Shown: positions 39,049-49,882, numbered from the stretch's first letter. The stretch is DNA of 64,000 nt from an uncultured Gammaproteobacteria bacterium (GCA_963848305.1 CAWKDC010000001.1:544001-608000), one strand, 5' to 3'. Notes: generated by a model from the letters alone, not told the origin. A program made the numbers and translations.

Positions 39049-40302
39049 TTATAATAATACCCTTCTTAAATCCGCCAATAATCCTGTTAAATACGTGATA
39101 AACCGTGCCGCTTGGGCGCCATCGATCACGCGGTGATCGTATGACAATGACAAAGGCATCATCAAGCGCGGCACAAATTGGCCGTCTTGATACACCGGTT
39201 TCATCTGTGATTTTGACACGCCTAAAATAGCGACGTCAGGTGCATTGATGATCGGTGTGAACGCTGTGCCGCCAATACCGCCCAAACTCGAAATGCTGAA
39301 GCAACTGCCTTGCATTTCGCTCGGTGTTAATTTACCGTCGCGGGCTTTTTGACTGAGTTCTCCCAATTCTTTCGCCAAATCGAATAAACCTTTTTGATCC
39401 ACATCGCGTATCACAGGAACAACTAATCCATGGGGTGTATCAACTGCCACTCCGATATGAAAATATTTTTTGAAGATCCATTCTTGGCCATCTGGCGATA
39501 GTGAAGAATTGAAATCAGGAAATTGTTTTAACGCAGCCACGACAGCTTTCATCAGAAAAACCAGTGGCGTTAATTTAAACCCTTGTTTTTCCGCGCGGGA
39601 CTTCTGGCTTTCACGGAAAGCTTCCAGCTCGGTGACATCGGCTTCATCAAATTGCGTGACATGAGGAATCACCACCCAATTGCGGTGCAAAAATGTGGCG
39701 GATAATTTTTTAATACGTGGGATCGGTTTGATTTCAAATTCACCAAACTGCGAGAAATCAACGACAGGCATTTGTGGCAAGCCTGTGCCAGTACTTCCAC
39801 CACCACCTTCCAAACGTTTTTTCACATAGGCGTGTAAATCAGACAATTGAATCCGACCCTTGCGACCAGATCCACCCACCAGGGACAACTCAATCCCCAA
39901 TTCACGCGCCAATCGACGGACAGCGGGACTGGCATACACATCAATACCGATTGTTGCAGGCTCAGTTGCCGCAACAGGCGCAGCGGACACTGCAACAGGC
40001 GTGACTTGGACAGGTGCAGGCATGGGGGTTGATACAGGCGCTGGAGCTGCTGGAGCTGCTGTGGTTGCTTCACCCATTTCTAACGTGTAAACCAAATCCC
40101 CTTGTTTGACTTTATCACCTACTTTTACAGCGACTGACGCCACCACGCCGCCTTCGCTCGCAGGTACATCCATCGCAGCTTTGTCGCTTTCCAGCGTCAT
40201 GATCGTGTCATTCTTGCGGATCACATCACCAGGTTTAATATTCACTTCAATAACACTGACCGCATTGGCGGTGCCGATATCGGGTACAAAAACTGATTTC
40301 AC
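39049..40302 (-). CDS. aceF: Pyruvate dehydrogenase E2, single lipoyl domain
   Basis: LESDKAAMDVP lipoyl Lys, ASPAVRRLARE, LSYDHRVIDGA. Confidence 0.96.
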   Translation of the reverse strand: MKSVFVPDIGTANAVSVIEVNIKPGDVIRKNDTIMTLESDKAAMDVPASEGGVVASVAVKVGDKVKQGDLVYTLEMGEATTAAPAAPAPVSTPMPAPVQVTPVAVSAAPVAATEPATIGIDVYASPAVRRLARELGIELSLVGGSGRKGRIQLSDLHAYVKKRLEGGGGSTGTGLPQMPVVDFSQFGEFEIKPIPRIKKLSATFLHRNWVVIPHVTQFDEADVTELEAFRESQKSRAEKQGFKLTPLVFLMKAVVAALKQFPDFNSSLSPDGQEWIFKKYFHIGVAVDTPHGLVVPVIRDVDQKGLFDLAKELGELSQKARDGKLTPSEMQGSCFSISSLGGIGGTAFTPIINAPDVAILGVSKSQMKPVYQDGQFVPRLMMPLSLSYDHRVIDGAQAARFITYLTGLLADLRRVLL

Positions 40303-40317
40303 GGGCCATCCCTCATA

Positions 40318-42965
40318 TTAAACAGTGACTGGATTGGGTTTTTCTGGATCAATTCCCAATGATTCGATGGCTTTCGCCACAACCTTGGGTTCGATTTTCC
40401 CTTCATCGGCTAATGCCTTCAAGGTACTGATCACAATGTATTTTGCATCAACTTCAAAAAAGTGCCGTAATTGCTTGCGCGAATCACTTCGACCGTAACC
40501 GTCGGTGCCGAGGGTCACAAATGTGTGGGGCACAAAGGCGCGGATTTGATCCGCAAAACTGCGCATGTAATCGGTAGCGGCAATGATCGGGCCTTCAGAT
40601 GAAGCGAGCGTTTGCGTGACATAAGGCACGCGCGCAGTTTCCATGGGATGAAAACGATTCCATCGTTCACAATCCAGCGCTTCGCGGCGCAATTCAGTGA
40701 AGCTGGGTGCACTCCACACGGTGCAAGCAACACCATATTCTTTTTCTAATATTTCAGCCGCTTTGATCACTTCCAACATGATTGTGCCCGAACCCATCAA
40801 TGAGGCTTTGATGCGACTCTTCGATTCAGAAGATTTGAATAAGTATAATCCTTTCAAAATGCCTTCGCGTGCATTCGTAGGCATGGCAGGATGTGCATAA
40901 TTTTCATTCATCACGGTGATGTAGTAAAAAATATTCTCTTCCTGTTGATACATGCGAACCAAACCGTCTTGCATGATCACGGCCAATTCATAAGCAAATG
41001 TGGGGTCGTAAGAGACGCAATTGGGAATAGTGGCCGACATAAGGTGACTGTGCCCGTCTTGATGTTGCAAGCCTTCACCCGCCAATGTGGTACGGCCCGC
41101 TGTAGCGCCCAATAAGAAGCCTCGCGCCTGCGCATCACCGGCGGCCCAAGCCAAATCGCCAATGCGTTGAAAACCAAACATCGAGTAGAAAATATAAAAG
41201 GGCATCATGGGGACGCCGTGATTGGCATAAGCAGTTCCCGCCGCAATCCACGATGACATCGCGCCAGCTTCAGTGATCCCTTCTTCTAAAATTTGGCCCT
41301 GTTTATCTTCTCGGTAATACATGACTTGTCCGAATCCATGGGTTCATATAATTGACCGACAGATGAATAAATACCCAGTTGACGGAACATGCCTTCCATC
41401 CCGAACGTACGGGCTTCATCAGGAATGATGGGCACGATATACTTGCTGAGGGCAGGATCTTTCACCAATATATTCAATATCCGCACAAACGCCATGGTGG
41501 TTGAAATCTGGCGCTCGCCTGTGTCTTTCAATAATGCATCAAATGCTTCAAGTGGCGGAATTGGCAATGACACTGCGATAGGTTTACGCGCTGGCAATGC
41601 GCCGCCCAGTGCTTCACGACGTTCTAAAAGATAAGTGACTTCTGGACTGTCTTTGCCAGGATAATAATACGAGACGGAGGAAACCTGCTCATCCGTCATC
41701 GGCAATTTGAAACGATCACGGAAAGCGATCAACGCACTTGCATCCATTTTCTTTTGTTGGTGCGTGATATTTTGCGCTTCGCCCGCTGCCCCCATGCCAT
41801 AACCTTTGACAGTTTTAGCGAGAACCACTGTGGGTCGACCCGTGGTGTGCACGGCTTTATAATAGGCAGCGTACACTTTTTGAGGATCGTGTCCTCCGTG
41901 GGTGAGGTGGAAAATCTCATCATCTGTCCAGTCGGCGACCATGGCCCTGGTTTCAGGATATTTACCGAAAAAATGTTCGCGTGTATAAGCGCCGCCACGT
42001 GCTTTGAAATTTTGGTATTCGCCATCCACACACTCTTTCATGCGTTGACGCAGCATGCATGACGTATCATTTGCGAGCAAGGTATCCCAGTTTTTGCCCC
42101 AAATCACTTTCAGCACTTGCCAGCCAGCACCTTTGAACACACCTTCAAGTTCTTGAATAATGTTGCCATTGCCACGTACAGGCCCATCAAGCCGTTGCAA
42201 ATTGCAATTGATGACAAAAATCAGGTTATCAAGTTTTTCACGACCCGCGAGTGAAATAGCACCGAGTGATTCGGGTTCGTCCATTTCACCATCGCCACAG
42301 AAACACCAGACTTTGCGACCGTCAGCGTCTATCAAACCGCGGTTATTCAGATATTTCATGAAACGCGCTTGGTAAATCGCTTTGAGTGGGCCAAGCCCCA
42401 TGGACACGGTGGGGAATTGCCAAAAATCAGGCATGAGCCAAGGATGTGGATATGAAGATAACCCACCCCCATCGACTTCCTCGCGGAAGCGGTCGAGTTG
42501 ATCTGTGGTGAGACGGCCTTCCAAAAAAGCCCGGGCATAAATACCGGGAGATACGTGGCCTTGAATATAGAGCAGATCGCCCCCGACAGTGGGCGTTTGG
42601 GCGTGGAAAAAATGATTAAAACCAACATCATACAGCGTGGCACTCGATGCAAAAGAGGCAATGTGCCCGCCCAGCTCCGGGGCACGTTTCCCCGCTCGCA
42701 AGACCATGGCAAGAGCGTTCCATCGAACAATGGCGCGGATGCGCCTTTCCATGTCATCATCCCCAGGTTTAAGGGCCTCGTCTTCGACAGCAATGGTGTT
42801 CACATAAGGGGTATTGAGGTTTTCGACACCAAGGTTGGTGTTAGAAGCCTTTTCATTGAGTTTGGTCAGAATCTCGTGAGCGCGCTCGGGACCTTCATGT
42901 TCTAGCACATCTTCAAAGGCTTGGAGCCATTCTTGTGTTTCTTGTTGAATTTCCCAGTCTGCCAT
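40318..42965 (-). CDS. aceE: Pyruvate dehydrogenase E1 (homodimeric), split by an apparent 1-nt deletion near 41330
   Basis: ETQEWL, GGHIAS, GDGEMDEPES; the second frame continues ...(Q)VMYYREDKQGQILEEGITEAG to KPNPVTV. Confidence 0.95.
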
Positions 42966-42996
42966 GCCTGCTCCTCATTGCCAATCTAGTGTTGTT

Positions 42997-43071
42997 TGGT
43001 AGGCACGAGTGGGATCGAACCACCGACCACCACGATGTCAACGTGGTGCTCTACCACTGAGCTACGTGCCT
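42997..43071 (-). tRNA. tRNA-Val(GAC)
   Basis: AGGCACG acceptor, TAGCTCAGTGGTAGAGC D arm, CCACG-TTGACAT-CGTGG anticodon arm, GGTTCGATCC T loop, encoded CCA; 75 nt. Confidence 0.96.
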
Positions 43072-43098
43072 GTCTCCACACTAGATTCTAGTGGAGCG

Positions 43099-43127
43099 AA
43101 GATAACAGGAATTGGATTTTATTTCAA
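43099..43127 (-). promoter_or_regulatory. Probable sigma70 promoter for tRNA-Val (and possibly aceEF-lpdA)
   Basis: Minus strand TTGAAA-N17-TATCTT. Confidence 0.55.
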
Positions 43128-43164
43128 GTGATTTGGGGGTATTTGTGCCTTTAGGCATGCGATT

Positions 43165-44262
43165 TCAAGATTGATGTGCGTTGCACACCAAGGGCCAGAC
43201 CCTATCCACAAACGAATTCCGCACACCGTCTTTTCGCGCATACATCGCCACTGCTTCAGATGCGCCGAGTAACAATGAAGATACCCCCAACATCCCATAT
43301 AAAGACGCGAACAATCTATCCGTTCTGTTCTCCATCTGGAAGCCCTCCAAAGAAACTGCCTCCCCCACCGTCAATGCCCACACAGTGCTGGCAAAAAGTG
43401 CCGCGCAGCCGATGACGAATACCGTCCCGCTGATCCTGTCTCCCACGTTGATGTCCTGACGAGACACCTTTTTTGGGGACCAATATTTGGCCAGACAATC
43501 GATCAATACAACTGCTCCGACCATGCCGCCACCCATTGCAAATAAAATGAACGGGATATCATCAAAGGGGTTGTGATACTCAGTTGTGTTCTCCACAACG
43601 GGAATGAGTATACCAGAGACGCCTGCCACCAAAAACATAGAGGCTCGGAAAACGGTGATCCAGCGGGGAGGCTGTTTGAGGTTTGAGCTGCCATGCCTTG
43701 GTTGTATTGGCGTGCTATTTGAGGTATCGGGATGCATTGTCGTGAAGCTCGGTTGGATCGGAGTATAATTTCTATCTTCAGCAAGCTTTGCCTGGTGTTC
43801 CTTTTGGAATTGCATGAGCGCTGTAACATCATTATTATCTGGGAAGAAATTACCTTGTCCATTCACATTCCACTCGGGGATCCCTGAATCAGTAGACTTT
43901 ATGTAAGATATTACGTTCGCCACATCAGTAGGGGTTGCCCCCTTCAAATTAAACACCACACTTGTAGGTTTGGTTGCATTTAAAAATGCATTAATAATGG
44001 GGTATAAAGATAAATTCGATGTATAAAGACAGCCACAATCGATGTCTGTTGCAAGCCGATCACCATAGTTAGCATTGATCACAAGCAACACATTTTTATT
44101 CTTCGAAATAATGCCCTCGAAACCGAACACACTGTTAGCTGTTCTAACTTTCTCTGTCCATTGAGAGGTTTCAATGTTTTTCGTGAGCTCAAACAAAAAC
44201 ACTTTGTCCAGATCTTCAGTCAGGCCAAATGAAATCATGTGGATATCTGCAGTGCTTTTCAT
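43165..44262 (-). CDS. Hypothetical protein: soluble N-terminal domain plus C-terminal 4-TM domain (paralog of 46078-46739)
   Basis: GAGG SD; four hydrophobic segments in the last ~165 aa. Confidence 0.75.
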   Translation of the reverse strand: MKSTADIHMISFGLTEDLDKVFLFELTKNIETSQWTEKVRTANSVFGFEGIISKNKNVLLVINANYGDRLATDIDCGCLYTSNLSLYPIINAFLNATKPTSVVFNLKGATPTDVANVISYIKSTDSGIPEWNVNGQGNFFPDNNDVTALMQFQKEHQAKLAEDRNYTPIQPSFTTMHPDTSNSTPIQPRHGSSNLKQPPRWITVFRASMFLVAGVSGILIPVVENTTEYHNPFDDIPFILFAMGGGMVGAVVLIDCLAKYWSPKKVSRQDINVGDRISGTVFVIGCAALFASTVWALTVGEAVSLEGFQMENRTDRLFASLYGMLGVSSLLLGASEAVAMYARKDGVRNSFVDRVWPLVCNAHQS

Positions 44263-44332
44263 ATATTACCTCTTTGGCAAGCAGTTTATCTTGGCGGCTC
44301 GTCTTATTAAAGTGTCTCTCTCGCATTGACCC

Positions 44333-45118
44333 TTACTTGGCTTTATCCAGGGCCGCGTAGACCTTATCGAATGCATCTGAGCCCACTGAAAAGTCGCCCG
44401 CAAAAGGCAGATCAAAGCTGATCACAATAGCCAAATACATGCCTAACGAGAAACTCGTGAAGAACATCAATATTTTATGGGAGCGGGTATCCACTTCTGA
44501 CATGAATGCCGTTGTGACCACCAAAATCAAAATCAAAACAACAATCACTGCCATTAAAAAGGGAGGGATCAGTGGGTCAACCTTTTGCAAACGTGCATAA
44601 CGATCTTGATCAATTGAGTTCAGATTGTCCAGTATTTCCCTGTAAAACACCACATACTGATTGCTCATCAGCATATGTTTTCCAACTGTCATATAAAGGT
44701 TATCCAGGGCAGTGACAGTGCCGGGGTTCGATTGCCCTTGCTGCATGAGCCCAAATTCTGTTTTAACCACACTGTCTGTATAAGCGCGCACACCCTGATT
44801 GATGGCGACAGCTTCATTGGCAGGCAAGGATCTGCTGATCATGCTGATTTTTGCCAATGCAGCGGACTCATCCGACACTGAAGATGCAGCGGCCATGAAG
44901 GATTGCCACAAAATAACAATGGTAAATGCAATCAGCATGGTAGTACCATTGACCAAAATGTTAAATAGGGGCACTGAGTGAGTGATAAACTTGATTTGCA
45001 ACATCGGGTAACGCCGAGACAGACAGTACAGCGCTGCTGACAATACCACCATACCGATGGCGAATAACACTAAAAGGGTCAGTACGGAAAAGTCATTGAC
45101 AATCATTCTACGTATCAT
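44333..45118 (-). CDS. DUF4239 / bestrophin-like membrane protein, copy 1
   Basis: LIAFTIVILW...V..E..AL, Y..SVV..E, R.AR...P, DLPFAG...V pattern; 4 TM. Confidence 0.75.
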   Translation of the reverse strand: MIRRMIVNDFSVLTLLVLFAIGMVVLSAALYCLSRRYPMLQIKFITHSVPLFNILVNGTTMLIAFTIVILWQSFMAAASSVSDESAALAKISMISRSLPANEAVAINQGVRAYTDSVVKTEFGLMQQGQSNPGTVTALDNLYMTVGKHMLMSNQYVVFYREILDNLNSIDQDRYARLQKVDPLIPPFLMAVIVVLILILVVTTAFMSEVDTRSHKILMFFTSFSLGMYLAIVISFDLPFAGDFSVGSDAFDKVYAALDKAK

Positions 45119-46067
45119 GTTACCTATCCTTGTTTGCTTGATTTGCTCGATGCAGCCTTACGCACACGACGAAAAACAAGTATGGCTGCAGCACATTGCC
45201 CGGCTCCTACTTGGCTTTATCCAGGGCCGCGTAGACCTTATCAAATGCACCTGAGCCCACTGAAAAGTCGCCCGCAAAAGGCAGATCAAAGGTGATCACA
45301 ATAGCCAAATACATGCCTAACGAGATACTCGTGAAGAACATCAATATGTTATGGGAGCGGGTATCCACTTCTGACATGAATGCCGTTGTGACCACCAAAA
45401 TCAAAATCAAAGCAACAATCACTGCCATTAAAAAGGGAGGGATCAGTGGGTCAACCTTTTGCAAACGTGCATAACGATCTTGATCAACTGAGTTCAGATT
45501 GTCCAGTATTTCCCTGTAAAACACCACATACTGATTGTTTATCAGCATATGTTTTCCAACTGTCATATAAAGGTTATCCAGGGCGGTGACAGTGGCGGGG
45601 TTCGATTGTCCTTGCTGCATGAGTCCAAATTCTGTTTTAACCACACTGTCTGTATAAGCGCGCACACCCTGATTGATGGTGACAGCTTCATTGGCAGGCA
45701 AGGATCTGCTGATCATGCTGATTTTTACCAATGCACCGGACTCATCCGATACTGAGGATGCAGCAGCCATGTAGGATTGCCACAAAATAACAATGGTAAA
45801 TGCAATCAGCATGGTAGTACCATTGACCAAAATGTTAAATAGGGGCACTGAGTGATTGATGAACTTGATTTGCAGCATCGGGTAACGACGAGACAGACAG
45901 TACAGCGCTGCTGATAATACCACCATACCGATGGTGAATAACGCTAAAATGGTCAGTACGGAAAAATCATTGACAATCATTCTACGTATCATGTTACCTA
46001 TCCTTGTTTGCTTGATTTGCTCGATGCAGCCTTACCCATACAACGAATGACAAGTATGGCTGCAGCA
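44334..46067. repeat. Tandem direct duplication, period 874 bp (44334-45193 and 45208-46067)
   Basis: Gene plus about 75 nt of upstream leader duplicated; 17 of 261 aa differ by manual comparison. Confidence 0.95.
45207..45992 (-). CDS. DUF4239 / bestrophin-like membrane protein, copy 2
   Basis: About 93% aa identity to copy 1. Confidence 0.75.
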   Translation of the reverse strand: MIRRMIVNDFSVLTILALFTIGMVVLSAALYCLSRRYPMLQIKFINHSVPLFNILVNGTTMLIAFTIVILWQSYMAAASSVSDESGALVKISMISRSLPANEAVTINQGVRAYTDSVVKTEFGLMQQGQSNPATVTALDNLYMTVGKHMLINNQYVVFYREILDNLNSVDQDRYARLQKVDPLIPPFLMAVIVALILILVVTTAFMSEVDTRSHNILMFFTSISLGMYLAIVITFDLPFAGDFSVGSGAFDKVYAALDKAK

Positions 46068-46077
46068 TTGCCTATCG

Positions 46078-46739
46078 TCAAGCGTAGAAACGCCCTCGAA
46101 TGGAATCTCTTTCCTTCCCACACGCTGAAACAGTTTCGGAAACCACAGACCCCAGCGCCACAGCCCCAAAGACAGTGTACATGCCAGTGAACAAATGCTT
46201 GGTAAGCGAATCCGTCGACGCCATCGCGTCTGATGGGTCTGAATAGGCTGCGATCAGTGTCCAAGCGGCAGAGGCAAACAACAAGGCCAGGCCTGAGATC
46301 ATCACGGTGTCGCACGCTTTGCTTTTTAAATTCTTTTCTTTATCTTTTGTCCTGAAACTATCGTACAACGTTTGTCCTACAAAACCGATGAGAGCCAATC
46401 CAACACCTGCCCAAAAGACATGCGTGGCATCCAGATGTCCCCACTGTGCCTCGAAGGGATTATCGCTCACCTGATCGATAGCGCCCAAAATAGGCACGGC
46501 CAATGCAAACACCCCTGTCGCTGCCAGACATGCCAGACGCAACCAGGTCGGACCCGCCACTCGGCCGTCGATTTATCTGTTCCTGTCTCTCCATTTTTTA
46601 ACGTCATAAACTTACTAGGATCGTGAGCCACGCTTCGTTCTGTAAATGATGCCGTTGATGCAGATGCATATGAAGATGATGGTGCTGAAAGGTTAGAGGA
46701 TGAGGCGGCGGTTGCCTCTATTTCGGGTATCTTTTTCAT
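46078..46739 (-). CDS. Hypothetical protein: Ser-rich N-tail plus 4-TM domain, split by an apparent frameshift near 46562
   Basis: GGAGG SD before ATG 46739; MKKIPEIEATAASSSN...DKST joins VAGPTWLRLACL...RGRFYA*. Confidence 0.7.
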
Positions 46740-46794
46740 GCTTTTTCCTCCGGACAGGTTAACATTTTAACAAGTGAGTCTACCACACTACACG

Positions 46795-49515
46795 CTACGC
46801 ATTCAACTCGCCATGACAATGCTTGTATTTCTTGCCTGAACCGCAGAAACAGACCTCATTGCGGCCCATTTTGCGCAAACCGCGCTGATCGGCCGGAGCC
46901 GCATGATTGACCTCTTCATCGCCATTGGCGGGCAGCTGACGCACGGACAAGTTGTCAAACACGGTGCGGCGTTCCTTTTCCAGCGCGAGCAAATCTTGCT
47001 CTTCTGCAATATGGAAACGCAACAAACCGCGGACTGAATCTCGACGGTAATCTTGCAGCAAGCTGGTGAACAGGTAATAACATTCGCGCTTGAATTCTTG
47101 ACGTGGATCTTTTTGAGCAAAACCCCGCAAGCCGACGTTTTGGCGAATATAATCAATCGCGGATAAGTTTTCACGCCAGCGTGTGTCGAGCATTTGGAGC
47201 AAAATCACGCGCTCGTAACGGCGCATGATGTTCGCGCCTAATTGCGCCTCTTTCGCTGTCAACACGGATAAGGCATGATTGACGACACGCTGTGCAATAT
47301 CTGAAGGTTGTACATTCGGATCGCTTACCCATTCAACAATCGGCAAATCGATGTTGTATTCACTGAGCAGCATGCTTTGAAGGCCTGTGGCATCCCACGT
47401 GTCTTCCAATGCATTGCTGGGCAAAGCATGATCAACGGCTTCTGTCATCACTTCCGTTGTTAACTCTTTCACGTGTTGCGCCAACCCGTCTTCTGTGGCG
47501 GCGATCAAGTTATCGCGCAAGCCATAAATCGACAGGCGTTGCTCATTGATCACGTCATCGAATTCTAGCAGGCTCTTGCGGATATCAAAATGATACGCTT
47601 CCACGCGTCGCTGCGCTTTTTCAATCGCGCGCGTTAGCATGGGAGATTCAAGGCGCTCTTCTTCTTTCAAGCCCAATTTACCCAGGGTTTGTGTGACCCA
47701 TTCGCCAGCGAAAATTTTCAGCAGTGGATCGTCGAGGGATAAATAGAATTGGCTGGAACCGGGATCGCCTTGACGTGCAGCACGGCCACGTAATTGGTTG
47801 TCAATGCGGCGGGATTCATGACGCTCAGATCCCATCACATGCAAACCGCCTGCTGCAACCACCTCTTCATGACGCTTTTCCCAAGCATCAATCGTTTCGC
47901 GCATTTGGGCTTGTGTCGGCTCGGCGCCCAGCTTGTTCAATTCATGCTCTAGGTTACCGCCCAAGACAATGTCCGTCCCGCGACCAGCCATGTTGGTGGC
48001 AATCGTCACGGTGCCAGGTTTGCCCGCTTCCATGATGATATATGCTTCTTGTTCGTGGTATTTCGCATTCAAGACTTGATGCGGAATATTGGCCTTTTTC
48101 AGCATTCTCGATAAGATTTCAGAGTTTTCAATCGACGTGGTACCGACCAGCACAGGCTGGTGTTTATCACGACGGACTTGAATGTCCTTGATCATCGCTT
48201 CGTACTTATCCATGGTACGCTGGAAAATCAAATCGGGACTGTCAATCCGTATACAAGGTTTGTGCGGTGGCAACACGACCACTTCCAACCCATAAATTTG
48301 CTGAAATTCTGCAGCTTCTGTGTCGGCAGTGCCTGTCATCCCGGCTAATTTGTCGTAAATACGGAAAAAGTTTTGATAAGTCACAGACGCCAGTGTTTGG
48401 TTTTCGCTTTGAATTGCTACGCCTTCTTTGGCTTCCACCGCTTGATGCAGCCCTTCCGACCAACGGCGACCTTGCAAAGCCCGACCTGTGTTTTCATCCA
48501 CAATCACGATGTCACCGTCTTTTGAGACCATGTAATCCACATCACGTGTGTACAAATAATGGGCGCGCAACGCAGCATTGAGGTGATGCAAAAATAAAAT
48601 ATTTTGAGCGCTGTACAGATCTTCTTGAGGACTGATTAAACCTGCTTCGATCAACAGTTCTTCAGCATGAGAATGGCCTGATTCGGTGAGGTGGACTTGT
48701 TTGGATTTTTTATCGATCGTGAAATCCCCGACGAGAGCGGGATCGATCGGTTGATCTTTCGGTGTCTCAGGCTGCAGTTTGAGTTTGGGTACCATTGCAT
48801 TGATGGTGAGATAAAGGTTGGAGCTGTCGCCTAAATGGCCAGAAATGACAAGCGGCGTACGGGCTTCATCGATCAAAATCGAATCGACTTCGTCGACAAT
48901 GCCGAAATGATAACTGCGCAAATTCACGCGATCAGACATTTGCGTGACCATGTTATCGCGCAAATAATCGAAACCAAATTCGCTGTTGGTGCCGTAGGTG
49001 ATGTCTGCTGCATAAGCGTCACGCTTTTCTGTATTAGATAGGCCAGCGATGTTGAACCCCACCGTCAAACCCAACCCTTCATAAACAGGACGCATCCACT
49101 CTGCATCCCGCTTGGCGAGGTAGTCGTTCACAGTAATAATATGAACGCCTTTTTGCAGCAATGCATTTAAATAGGCAGGCAACGTGGCGGTTTGGGTTTT
49201 ACCCTCCCCTGTGCCCATTTCGGCGATACGGCCCATGTGAAGTACCATACCGCCCAATAATTGTTCATCGTAGTGGCGCTGACGCAAGGCGCGCTTCGCG
49301 CTTTCACGCACTGCGGCGAAGGCTTCTTCAAGGAGGCTGTCTACGGTTTCCCCTTGAGCAAGGCGTGCGCGGAATGCAGGGGTGAGACCCCGCAGCTCTT
49401 CGTCAGACAAAGCAGCATATTGAGCCTCCAGCCCGTTAATGCGAGAGACACGTTTTCTGAGTTGCTTCAAAATACGCTCGTTACGTGTACCAAAAAGTGA
49501 TGTTAATCCAAACAT
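46795..49515 (-). CDS. secA: Preprotein translocase subunit SecA
   Basis: MGTGEGKT, IVDEVDSILIDEARTPL, IATNMAGRGTDI, C-terminal GRNEVCFCGSGKKYKHCHG. Confidence 0.98.
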   Translation of the reverse strand: MFGLTSLFGTRNERILKQLRKRVSRINGLEAQYAALSDEELRGLTPAFRARLAQGETVDSLLEEAFAAVRESAKRALRQRHYDEQLLGGMVLHMGRIAEMGTGEGKTQTATLPAYLNALLQKGVHIITVNDYLAKRDAEWMRPVYEGLGLTVGFNIAGLSNTEKRDAYAADITYGTNSEFGFDYLRDNMVTQMSDRVNLRSYHFGIVDEVDSILIDEARTPLVISGHLGDSSNLYLTINAMVPKLKLQPETPKDQPIDPALVGDFTIDKKSKQVHLTESGHSHAEELLIEAGLISPQEDLYSAQNILFLHHLNAALRAHYLYTRDVDYMVSKDGDIVIVDENTGRALQGRRWSEGLHQAVEAKEGVAIQSENQTLASVTYQNFFRIYDKLAGMTGTADTEAAEFQQIYGLEVVVLPPHKPCIRIDSPDLIFQRTMDKYEAMIKDIQVRRDKHQPVLVGTTSIENSEILSRMLKKANIPHQVLNAKYHEQEAYIIMEAGKPGTVTIATNMAGRGTDIVLGGNLEHELNKLGAEPTQAQMRETIDAWEKRHEEVVAAGGLHVMGSERHESRRIDNQLRGRAARQGDPGSSQFYLSLDDPLLKIFAGEWVTQTLGKLGLKEEERLESPMLTRAIEKAQRRVEAYHFDIRKSLLEFDDVINEQRLSIYGLRDNLIAATEDGLAQHVKELTTEVMTEAVDHALPSNALEDTWDATGLQSMLLSEYNIDLPIVEWVSDPNVQPSDIAQRVVNHALSVLTAKEAQLGANIMRRYERVILLQMLDTRWRENLSAIDYIRQNVGLRGFAQKDPRQEFKRECYYLFTSLLQDYRRDSVRGLLRFHIAEEQDLLALEKERRTVFDNLSVRQLPANGDEEVNHAAPADQRGLRKMGRNEVCFCGSGKKYKHCHGELNA

Positions 49516-49561
49516 GCGCGACCTCGTCTGTGCCAATCATTGGCGTTTATGATAGGCTGTT

Positions 49562-49882
49562 ATGATAGCACGGTTTGGAGCGGATATGGACGATAAAGCA
49601 CACATTGCAGATTGGCTTCACAGCGGCGAGCTGGGCCAACTGGTTCGCCATTTAGAGGATATCGAGCTCGTCAATGAGGCGATTCAGTCCTTGCTGCCTG
49701 AGCCGTTTCAACATGGTTGCCATGTTGAAAATATCACACAAGGGTGCGTGATGTTGGCGGTGAAAGACGCTAACCTGATGACCTTGCTGCGCTATGAAAT
49801 CCCCAATCTATTGGCATCATTGAGGAAAAACTCCCGCTGGGCGGGTATCGCTTCCATCAAATGCCATATTCGGGCTAATTGA
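49562..49882 (+). CDS. DciA/DUF721 family protein
   Basis: LLPEP...C.V.....G.V.L.V......T.LRY..PNLLASL pattern; divergent from secA; likely start 49587. Confidence 0.72.
   Translation: MIARFGADMDDKAHIADWLHSGELGQLVRHLEDIELVNEAIQSLLPEPFQHGCHVENITQGCVMLAVKDANLMTLLRYEIPNLLASLRKNSRWAGIASIKCHIRAN

Noticed and set aside
38801-39136. 111-aa plus-strand ORF between lpdA and aceF
   Set aside because: It overlaps both genes antisense and coincides with the palindromic element; it is likely spurious.
44334-46067. DGR template/variable repeat pair or integron cassettes
   Set aside because: Differences are not adenine-specific (e.g. GTG/GCG), both copies are full genes, no reverse transcriptase or IntI is present, and no RYYYAAC/GTTRRRY attC ends were seen.
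46755-46775. PmrA-type effector regulatory box upstream of the 4-TM orphan
   Set aside because: The TTAA repeats are 4 nt apart rather than the roughly 6 nt expected for the Legionella/Coxiella PmrA motif.
42997-46794. Integrative element at tRNA-Val
   Set aside because: No integrase, no duplicated tRNA end seen, and the accessory genes lie on the 5' side of the tRNA.
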